DNA of 62,282 nucleotides, filler included, from Sluysia triapertura (lineage: Eukaryota): NCBI GenBank assembly GCA_046118255.1. It is 5 parts of 5 records of this genome, joined end to end, with 100 filler letters (N's around TTAATTAATTAA, not from the genome) between each part and the next. Parts side by side here need not be neighbours in the genome. Positions count along the whole stretch, not along the records: positions 48,881 to 62,282 come from JBJNIA010042134.1; 4 more parts are not named here. One strand, written 5' to 3'. Positions 52,941 through 62,282 of this stretch are shown in pieces. The position numbers and the translations under genes are program-made. Each line of letters starts with the position of its first letter. Within the stretch, counting starts at the first letter, position 1. The notes below the pieces were generated by a model, which saw only the letters and a program-made list of their open reading frames with translations, did not search any database and was not told the origin of the DNA.

Positions 52941-55900
52941 AAGAAAATATTTACAACTGCCATACTACATTTCCTTCCTGCTTTACATTTTGTGATCTTT
53001 TAGATTTATCCAGAGTCGAGCGATGATTTTAATGAACGGATTAGGGTAAATTCTTCCAGATTTCCCATTTAAGCAGATCGTCATAAAATCCGAAAGGTGA
53101 TAGATCTTTTCATTGTAACGATAGTATTCATCGAACGAAAAGCTCAGCTTCAGCGCTGCTAACTGCGATTGTTTTCATAATGACCTTGGCTTTTTTCACG
53201 GTGTTGGGAATTTCGATTTGAAATTTTCCAGCCAGTGTGTTTTCTACTAAATCTTTAAAATCATTTATTTTAATTTCATTTTTCTTATTCTCTTTTCTCC
53301 TTCTGGTCATAGACACGTAACTTCTTCCATATTCCTCGTTTTAGGATAACATACATTAAATATGTTTTTCAAAACATATAATAATTTAACAAAGGGATCA
53401 CCACTGCATGTAAAGAATATAAAGAATTACATTGGTTACCAATCAAACCAATTGTAGAATTCAAAACCACGACAATAATTCACAAATGCTTACATTATGG
53501 AAGTCATGAATATCTTTTGGAAGTAAAAAATTAATGTCACTAAAATATAATAATTTAAACGGAATCCACAGTGATAATAAGCTAGGTGATATGTTAAATA
53601 TGTAGCCACCAGAGAATGTCAAATTACTGGAAGATTATGAAATGTTTAAGAAAAAGGCAAATTTTTTTCTGTTTCAGAAATATTATAGTGAATGATTTAT
53701 TTTAAGTGCTTTTGAGTAGTTATTTTGCAGTAAACATTAGCGCAAAATAAATTAATATATTATTATTAAATTTGTTTTCATTTGATGTTAAAACAAAATA
53801 TTTTAATATATAAAAATCTTTCTATAATTGAAATTTTCGATTATCCTCTAATATTTGTCAGTAGATAATTTTATGATAAAAATTAAGTATATTAATAATA
53901 TATAAATAAACTGAAAACAATTTAAAAATTATCAACACAAACTCAAACAAAGCATTCATTCGATCTTCGTAAAGTTCAGATTCAGAAGATGAATAATCTG
54001 TTGTATTAGTATGTTTTTTAAATTTTTTTACTGGACTTGAAATAGAAAATAATGGCTTAATAGGCATTCTACATTTATAAATTGCAATAATTCGACAATT
54101 CGTAGTGGAATTGTTTTCATTATAAATGTCTATCAATTGGCAAGTACCACAATCTTGAATCATTTCAGAAAATTTCCATTTTTCTGCAAAATAAATAAAT
54201 ATAATAAAAAATGTCATAAACATAGTACTTTTAATTATCAATAAATAAAAATTAAATTTATTTAACCCCTTTTCTGTTTATTTATTTTTCAAATGTATGG
54301 TCAAAACCTGGCAATTTTTTATTAGTGAAAATGGTTTGTTTTATTTTAATAGAAAAACAAATAAAACTAGACAAACAGGGTAATAAAACATACAATATAA
54401 TATTAAATAATAACAAAAGTAGTGTATAAAGATATTTCCGACGTCGTTTTATAAATATTATGAAGATTATACTTATTTTTTTCGTTTGATTGTTTTGGTT
54501 CGTATATTTACGACATTTTATGCTCTGGTTGGTTTTAGTTACCCCGTAAATATACGGAATAAACAGGGAAGGGTTTAAAAATAATTATAAACAAAGAATT
54601 CTTCTAATAATAATTTAAGTGATTATTAATAGAAGATATATTTTCTATGGCGAAGGTTTTGTGCATTAGAAATAACACATATGGCATAACTTTAAAAAAC
54701 AAAAAAATTCACGAATTTTCAATTATAATCGAGCATTAATTATCAATGAACCCTAAATTGTATGAAGTTATTCGCTCTGCCATTTGTGTTTTGAGTGTCA
54801 TTGTTTATCTAAGTTTTATTATTTCAAGATAAATACACACATACTTTGTCATAAATAATCATTTATATGTTTAAAAATTAAACACGAGTACCTCGCGTGG
54901 TTGGCAATTGGAATGCAACAGGACTCGTTTAAGCAAAAAAACTCAAATAGATGAAAGCATAAAAATACTAAAAAACGGGACACAATTTTCTGTAAATTCG
55001 TAAAGGCTATTTATTCACTGCTGAAAACGAAAACTTAAGGAAGTAACAAGTTAACTAGTTTAAGCCTCCATTAATATTAACCCTTAAGTGTATAAGGCTA
55101 GGATCGTATAAGCCGACGACGGGCAAGCCGAGACGCCAAATTTTGAGGGCTGCCGATATAAAAAAAATATTTTTCACATGCATTATATTTTTAGATTTTA
55201 TAAATTAAAATCGATCTTTTTTCATGAGACATCGATTTTTTAGCAAACAATAAAAATTTTTCTTTAATAATATCAAATTATTTTAATATTGTAAACTGTT
55301 TACAAACTGATTTTCAAAATAAATTAATTTAATTAACTACGTTATTGAATTTTTGACAAATAGCATTACAAAAAATCTTGTATGTCACATGGACGTAACA
55401 GAAATAGCATAACTTACTTTTCAAAGTTCTCGCTCCTTTGTCGCTCAAACTTCAAATGCACTCGTTATGTAATTCCATATGTTGTATCACTTGTAAGTAA
55501 ATAACTATTGTATTATTTTTTAAATAATAAATTTTTTACACAGTGTTCTTTATTGTGATTTTTTGCCTTTTTTATTATTTTTTTAATTCGCAGTAAATTT
55601 GTATATTCTTGTATGAAATGGCACTCAAAACCCCAGATCCGGCATTGTACTGCACACATGTTAAACTAACATCTTACATATCAATAAATAAATAATGCAG
55701 AATTTTTGCAAAAACAATTTATATATAGCTTTTTTCACGTTTTTTCAAATAAAGATCGGCAAGCTCTCCACAAGTTGTACAAGTTATAATATATATTGAA
55801 AGTATCACGAGTACATTCGTGGTTGGCAGCGAATGAATGAATAAACAATTAGTTTTGCCCTAACTTTATTAATAAATATACTAATATTTGACAACAACCA

Positions 55901-56090
55901 TTTTTAGCTCATTGCTAATTGTTAAAATGAAATAAGTTAATTTGAATAAATGCCAATGAAATAGTAAAAATGGAGACCTCAAATAATAATAAATTTGAAA
56001 CAAAATCGAAAAATCAAATCCATAAGATAATATATCAATAGAAAAAAAGTCATACTTGTATTTCTGTGTAGAAAAACTTCATTGGAACAT
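50713..56090 (-). CDS. BCH / CRAL-TRIO (Sec14-like) domain protein of the BNIP2-caytaxin-PRUNE2 / Cdc42GAP type, internal exons
   Basis: Exon 50844-50713 (tttag/gtaac) reads YLMKHLESMEDENYVLLYFHSHGDLRTMPSMAWISECYQSINY, matching the BCH pattern Y...LE....DY..VYFH......MPS..W...CYQ.I. Exon 54183-53943 (ttgcag/gtttgt) supplies RIIAIYKCRMP...YEDRMNALFE and joins it in phase 2. A 35-nt exon 56090-56056 (tttag/gtatga) is phase-compatible but less certain. Both ends of the gene were not found. Confidence 0.8.
52872..52940 (+). repeat. (ACT)n microsatellite
   Basis: About 23 TAC units. Confidence 0.9.
52985..53340 (-). mobile_element. hAT transposase dimerisation-domain remnant
   Basis: ORF 53128-53316 ends KTIAVSSAEAE, and the shifted frames continue FRSMNTIVT..HLSDFMTICL..PNPFIK. 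This fits the hAT S(S/T)AxxERxFSxMN motif. Confidence 0.75.
53613..53708 (+). repeat. About 95-bp repeat, second copy at about 58825-58920
   Basis: GAATGTCAAATT.CTGGAAGATTATGAAAT.TTTAAGAAAAAGGCAAA.TT.TTTCTGTTTCAGAAATATTAT.GTGAATGATTTA at both sites. Confidence 0.85.
54262..54578. mobile_element. piggyBac-type MITE (TTAA-flanked, about 310 bp)
   Basis: The left end is TTAA|CCCCTTTTCTGTTTATT and the reverse complement of the right end is TTAA|ACCCTTCCCTGTTTATT. This gives imperfect 17-bp TIRs with TTAA on both sides. It lies in an intron of the BCH gene. Confidence 0.6.
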
Positions 56091-56511
56091 CTAAAGAAAT
56101 AGTAATAAATTATTAATGAAATTATTTCGAAAATAAAAGATAAATTGTAATTAAAAATAAAACAAATAACCCAAACTACGAAACGAATAAGCAAATATAT
56201 TAAAATAAAATATATTAAAACAAATACAATACAAAAAAGAAACTGTTTATTTTCTAACTACACATGCATAGATGGTATTGGATGGATAGCGACCAATGAT
56301 GTATCAGAATTGATTTTATTCGCTAATGTTTTAATTCAATAAACGGTTTGAATTCAATGTAAATTTATTGATAACGAATTTTTCAAACATATCATGTAAT
56401 ACCTTATCTTAAAAGACGTATAATGACTACCAATAAAGGCAAGAGTTATTTATAAGTGATTATAACAAAAGTGTGAATGTTTTTAAGATACGAAATTGTA
56501 CTTTTAATTTT

Positions 56512-56637
56512 AACTACTATCAATAGAAAGTAGATAAATTGCTGCTTTTATTAATGTAACATTTCATAATTAAATATTACTTTATTTGTAACTACTATCA
56601 GTAGAAAGTAGATAAATTGCTGTTTTTATTAATGTAT
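56512..56637 (+). repeat. Local duplication of about 46 bp (period about 79 bp)
   Basis: AACTACTATCA.TAGAAAGTAGATAAATTGCTG.TTTTATTAATGTA occurs twice. Confidence 0.8.
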
Positions 56638-57323
56638 CGTCTGAGAATTTTGCTTTTGAATTTGATTGAAATAAATAATAAATTAATGTCATGTATTATA
56701 AATATGATATCTTTGTGCTCCGTATATTCTTCAATATTATTTAGTAAAACATCATTACTGTAATATCTACTAATATAGGTGTTACAAAATTCAGAGTCCG
56801 AGCAAACCAAATACATGCTGTGAAAGTAATAAATACAAAACAAGTTGGGTAGATCGAACAATTGGTTTGTTACTTTTTACATATTGTTTCATACTCACTA
56901 AAAGTGTATTGTGAATGTGTGTCTGTGTGTGTTGGAAAATTGTGTATAGTGAGTGTGTGTTGCACAACACAAAGTATAAAATTTATTTTATTGCTCTATA
57001 TCTATAAGATTCCAACGATATTTAATGATGTTTTGTGATGTTTGGAAAAATTCAAAGTACTATTTAATATCTCATTTCAATTATTATTTATTGTTCAAAC
57101 GTCAAACTTTTTAAATTCAAAATAAGTAATTGGGTAATATAATTATATAAAAATAAAAAACAACCAATCATTTAAATTAACCAATAAAAAGGTTAAGGAA
57201 ATGTTTCAACAATAACCAATCAAATTTCAAGAAATTGTAATATTCATTTGCCAAATTAAAAGTAAACTTAAAAGCAAAAATAATTTGAAATTATAAAAGG
57301 ATAATAATTTTTGAGAATATAAA

Positions 57324-57378
<55 letters not shown>

Positions 57379-57499
57379 TGTGAGTGAAACATTAAATCAA
57401 AACTTTCTATCGAAGCAATGTAAATATTGAAAAATAAAACCAATGATAAAAATAAAAATAACAATAAATACTCAAAAATAAATAGTAATGGAAAAATAA

Positions 57500-57562
<63 letters not shown>
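57324..57562 (+). repeat. Two (AAT)n microsatellites
   Basis: Tracts at about 57324-57376 and 57499-57562. Confidence 0.9.
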
Positions 57563-57563
<1 letters not shown>

Positions 57564-57997
57564 TATTTCTTAATCCATCATCATCATCATCACGTATCAC
57601 GTGATATTTTTCTCGTGTTTTTATCTGAATATGTGAAAACAAGCAGAAATAAAATATATTTATGTAAATAATCTACTTATAAATAAAGAAAAATAAATAT
57701 TTATTTAATATTTTAAAATCGTTCAAAAATCTGTTTTTCCACAGTTTTCTTTTATTTAGTTGCTGCTAACTAATACACAATTTTGTAATATCGTTTTTAC
57801 ATTGACATAATACGATAAATATTCAATCTATTATCAAAAATAAGATATCTTTTTAAAGATGGCGATCTAAGATTTTGTAGCACATCAATTATATCAGGTT
57901 TCTTGATCTGATGCTTGTTCAGAGTTTTAAATTGCTAAGATACAACATCTTTTAAAAGTACTAGCCTCTGATGAACCCTGTGCAAGATATTAAATTC

Positions 57998-58066
57998 TTA
58001 GATTTCATAAAATGGACTGGCCGGAATAGAATTATGGCCCACTCTATCCACTGAGCTATTAGCCCC
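57998..58066 (-). mobile_element. Third SINE fragment (A-box half + tail)
   Basis: The reverse complement GGGGCTAATAGCTCAGTGGATAGAGT...CCGGCCAGTCCATTTTATGAAATCTAA has a tRNA 5' end with an A box and the same tail. Confidence 0.65.
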
Positions 58067-59949
58067 ATCTAACAATTTTATTTTATTATAGTCAATATTA
58101 CTATCAAAAAAACAATTATATATACATATGAACAGCAAATTCACGGATTAGAAAATTATTATAAGAATATCGTCAGCAGACATAAATATTCGGCGGTAGC
58201 GCATGTATTCAATCGTCGGCCCTCTAAGGGACCATCTCAAGCCTGTTACACTTGCTTTGTTACATTTCTCGTTACTATTGACGATATTTTGCCAAATTCC
58301 CAATATCTAAAACCAATAAAACATTGTTCGATAATTCTGATCTTGCTTTGGAAAAATGGCTCCATTGGGGAACCTTCAATTCGCTGCCAAGCCTATATTG
58401 TATGAAGTTATTTGCTTTGCCGTTTCTATTTAATTTAAATAACAAAAATACTTTTTAAATAAAGTAGAATTTTTGTAAAAAAAACAATTTATTTTTACAC
58501 TTACGGCCGTAAAAGGTTTGCAAACACTCCACAAGTTGTACAAGGTTTAATATATTCGTGGTTTGCCTTCCAAACAATAAAAATGTATCGAATTAAGCGA
58601 TCTTCGTGAGACAAATACAATGGTGAAAAATTAAATAATAAACTTATGACGAATGACTTGTTCAGATTGTTTGTATTTTAACTGTGACTGAATGGAATAT
58701 TTGAATTATGCGAATGAAAATAAATATTGTTCTAAAAAGATTTTTCCGTATAAAATTAATGTATCTTTAAAAAGATTTGGAAACCAAGATGAATATTTCA
58801 TTGAGACATAATAATAATATATATAGAATGTCAAATTGCTGGAAGATTATGAAATATTTAAGAAAAAGGCAAAGTTGTTTCTGTTTCAGAAATATTATGG
58901 TGAATGATTTACCTTAAGCGGTTGTGTGTACTTTAGATATAAGCACAATATAATATATTATAATTATATTATTATTAATATATTATTATTATAATTATTA
59001 TTATTATAATTATTATTATAATAATAATAATAATAATAATAATTTTTATTATTATTATTATTATTATTACAACCTTTACAACCCATCACCTTTGTGCATT
59101 TTCACAAAAGGAAAGTAATTTTATAAAATAGAAAATTACTTTAAAAAAGTAACATATTTTCGAAAATAGAAAAATAAAATTGTAATTTTTCACATATTTT
59201 AATCGATTTTCATTTGTTACAAACTTCAGTCACAATGAGTTCATCGTAAAAATTATTTTCAGTTATAGATAAAGATAAAATATTTGTTCAATTAATTGTC
59301 TGAATTAGTATTATTAATAATTTTTATATTTAGTTAAGTTTATTATTGTAATATTAATATTGCTTGCCAAATATAGAATTCTCCATTAAAATCAGGTTTT
59401 TATTGAAAACATTAGAAATTAGGTTACTTTAATTGTTAGAGTTGGAGTTGTTAGAAGATAAAGTGAATGTATGGGTGTCGCAGCTTGAGACGAAGGGGTC
59501 AACATTTATTAAAGTTTTTAAAAAATTTATAAGTACATTTATTAATTAATTTAATTAAAATTATTTGAAAATCGTTTTTACTCAATAACTTTGTATATAA
59601 TGTTTGCATAAGAACGAGCCTTTTATATAAGGAAATACAATTATGAAATTTATTAGTGTTATGAACATCGAGATAGTACGAAATACATCAACGTAGATAA
59701 GGTAAAATCACTAGTTTTGTTAATTTTCTTCATTATAGAGTTAAATTTCTATGTATTATAATGAGCATACTTAGTAAGAGTATATGTTAAATTAACGATC
59801 ATTAAGAGGTCATTCAGTGTGTTATTAAAAATGACATTTGATGTATCGTTAACGTGTTGCTCAATGTGTTGAGGTAAGGGCCTAAAGTGCCATTTAGAAT
59901 AATGATAGTATAAGTAACTATAATAAAATAAAATAGTATAAACTACATA

Positions 59950-60007
59950 GCTGTGAAGCGAGAGGTACCCGGTTCGAATCCCTGTCAGTACATTTAATGA
60001 AGTCTGA
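59950..60007 (+). mobile_element. tRNA-derived SINE fragment (B-box half + tail)
   Basis: GCTGTGAAGCGAGAGGTACCCGGTTCGAATCCC contains a Pol III B box, followed by TGTCAGTACATTTAATGAAGTCT. The 5' half of the tRNA is missing. Confidence 0.65.
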
Positions 60008-60100
60008 TGATTGTATCAAAAGTTATTACTGAAATAAGTTTTATATTTGATTAAATTTGTATTCAATTTCAGTTGATGTATTATTGTTTCAATAATAATG

Positions 60101-60143
60101 TTAGACTTCATAAAATGGACTGATCAGGACCCGGAACCTTTCG
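60101..60143 (-). mobile_element. Second SINE fragment, inverted relative to the 59950 copy
   Basis: The reverse complement CGAAAGGTTCCGGGTCCTGATCAGTCCATTTTATGAAGTCTAA shares the tail and a partly deleted B box. Confidence 0.6.
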
Positions 60144-60235
60144 ATGATGCCTTATAAACTACTAAATAACTTTAGGACCTCAATAAAACCTTTAAATATA
60201 AAATAAGATTAAGTCTAAAAATAGATTGAAATCTT

Positions 60236-60510
60236 AATTAACTTAATTAAGAAAAAGTATGTTTTCGTGAATAACTTTTGAATGAGGAATGCTATGTTAA
60301 ATTCGAAACTCTGTATGTATTTGTTTTAAAAAGACCTTTCGTTGAAGTTATGGTTTGGCCGATTTATTGAAGGAAAGCCTTAATATTGAGCAAAGTGAAA
60401 TTTTAATTAATTCTTAATTATGGAATGTTGAATTTTTTATACTTAGAATGACGCAGATGTAATGAATTGAATATGAGATGATTGCTATGAAAGAGGAGAA
60501 TCTATAAGTG
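60236..60510 (+). repeat. Dispersed repeat shared with 22428-22650 (possibly a Penelope-like retroelement remnant on the minus strand)
   Basis: Same blocks with about 50 bp extra. The minus strand gives SFHSNH...GFPS, weakly like the PLE post-RT region. Confidence 0.8.
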
Positions 60511-61049
60511 AGTTCGAAATATTTTTAGAATGGTTTGTTTGAGAATAAGAACCTTAAAACATTTTTCATTAGAAAATTGGATGTGAAAAATTGAAAATCA
60601 ATTAAATTCAAAAAGTGAAATTAAATTCATTATTTTTATGTATGTTAATAATTTTAATTTGAGGAGTAATCTAAGTAAAGGTAGATAGAGTAGAGTTAAA
60701 AAAATGATGGTTGATAATAGATCAAATTTTTGTGTTTTGTATCTTATGAAGTTTGACAGACCGTACCATGTTATTGCCAAAGTTGTTATTGTCGGTCTAA
60801 TTCTCAAAGAGGTTTTGATGATTTGTGTGAGAATGTTTGATTGTGAGACTTGGGATTGATTGGATGATAAGTATAAAATTAAAAACTTAAAAATTTTACA
60901 ACACAATCGCACAATTACACAGTCAGCTAACGGACAAATGTTGTGATGATCCAGGATTATGGTAAATTTTTTGTAATTATTGAATGATTTTTTTGGGGGA
61001 GATTTTTATTCAGCTTTGTTAATATTGATATAATTTTTTTTTATTTGGA

Positions 61050-61242
61050 TATCGTGAGACTCCTTATACAATTTTTTAAAGGAATTTTAAATATTTAATT
61101 ATTATTTCTCAATTCAGCTTTTATTAAATAGAGACTCCCTACCCAATTTATTATGAGGATTTTTTAAATATTTAATAATTATTTTTCAATTCAGCTATTA
61201 TTAAATAGACTTTATTTAATTTTTGGGAGACTCCCTGCCCAA
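61050..61242 (+). repeat. Degenerate tandem repeat (about 78-bp unit)
   Basis: GGA.TTTTAAATATTTAAT..TTATTT.TCAATTCAGCT.TTATTAAATAGA occurs twice and GAGACTCC three times. Confidence 0.65.
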
Positions 61243-61661
61243 TATATCTTATAGTTTTCTTTATTAAGTTAGAATAGAATAGAACTGATTGAAAGTACAT
61301 AAAAATTATTATTTTTCAAATTTTAATTTTTGTTTTTGGACAAATTATTGTATGTCTAACATGGTTATAAACGTTGTTGATTTGCTTTTAATTTTAATAA
61401 TTTTTAGATAATTCACTCATATTATTGATAAAGCAGAGATTTAATATAGTAATTCGTATTTGATTTGGTAATTATTATCACTTTGAGTTTTTGTTATTGA
61501 TTGGAATTGAGGAACATAACTTCTGTTGGGGTTGAAGAAATAAGAGAATTTGAGATAATTTGTATTTATTTAGTGAGTGTTGAAAATATTAAGATTCCAT
61601 TTAAACAGATATTGATTCATTGGTATTAATAATTTCAAAGACAATTATTATTTTATTTTAC

Positions 61662-61663
<2 letters not shown>

Positions 61664-61719
<56 letters not shown>

Positions 61720-61963
61720 CTTCGTCTCGATATTACATTTCGGTTTTATATTTTTTAGAAAGTGTAGTGCTTTCGTGTCAATAAGCCATGTACAATAGCT
61801 GAACCCGTCAAGTTTTCTTTGTTTTTCTTTAGAATTATATTAAGGAAGAAATTAACTTGTTCTTTGGAGCTAAAAATCTGATAATATAGCTTTTATATAA
61901 TCCATTCTCTTTTTAATTAAAGTGCTAAATTTCGAAATAGGTAAATCTTTTCATGAGTGCACA

Positions 61964-62017
<54 letters not shown>

Positions 62018-62153
62018 CATTACTATTAATAATAATATTATTATTATTGTAAATATTATTACTTAATTTTGACATTTCATTTCAAAACTGAAAATTGAAT
62101 TTGAACTATTATTTTTTGAAGGTTTAATTGTTTTCTTGACAATTTTTGTTTTT

Positions 62154-62191
<38 letters not shown>

Positions 62192-62282
62192 GTTTTATTA
62201 ATATGACTACGATGATTATTATGGTTATTAATATTAATATTAATATTATGATTATAATAATAATTATTATAATTAATATTAT
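61664..62282 (+). repeat. Cluster of (ATT)n microsatellites
   Basis: Tracts at about 61664-61718, 61967-62050 and 62156-62282. Confidence 0.85.

Noticed and set aside
56598-56861. Possible first exon of the BCH gene (tttcacag|cATG...)
   Set aside because: No phase-2 donor in that frame to join the 56090 exon, and no homology signal.
59950-59990. Functional tRNA gene
   Set aside because: Acceptor stem and D arm are missing. Treated as a SINE fragment.
59995-60115. Apparent hammerhead ribozyme (CTGATGA...GAAA) after the SINE B box
   Set aside because: Stem II does not pair, there is no valid NUH before the stem I partner, and the sister copies read GTCTAA/ATCTAA rather than CTGATGA.
1-62282. 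CRISPR arrays, operons, rRNA or other prokaryotic/phage systems
   Set aside because: No regularly spaced repeat-spacer array or prokaryotic gene organisation. All recognised genes are spliced animal genes.

Overview
This is very AT-rich eukaryotic (animal) genomic DNA, most likely from a protostome invertebrate. It is not contiguous. Four identical artificial 100-bp linkers (N44-TTAATTAATTAA-N44, at 11522, 23501, 36782 and 48781) join five separate pieces of about 12-13 kb, so adjacency across a linker means nothing. Shared repeat families suggest the pieces come from one genome. Spliced genes reconstructed by hand: (1) the S4 voltage-sensor exon of an HCN/Ih channel, missed by the ORF track; (2) an apparently complete 176-aa protein made only of a SON-type G-patch and a dsRNA-binding domain; (3) the 3' half of DDX46/Prp5 in four exons; (4) the 5' part of an uncharacterised multi-TM protein gene, head-to-head with (5) a complete, compact 8-exon type IV collagen gene (about 1766 aa) with 32-40-nt micro-introns and a divergent 10-Cys NC1 domain; (6) three exons of a divergent BCH/CRAL-TRIO-domain (BNIP2/caytaxin/Cdc42GAP-like) gene. 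The remainder is (AAT)n microsatellites and decayed mobile DNA: Tc1 and DD41D-like mariner, hAT, Ty3/Gypsy, a piggyBac-type MITE, a tRNA-derived SINE, a four-copy covarying stem-loop repeat, and a fold-back element beside an unidentified pseudogene. I see no multi-gene novel system. The best leads are the mini-SON protein, the atypical collagen IV and the structured repeat family.
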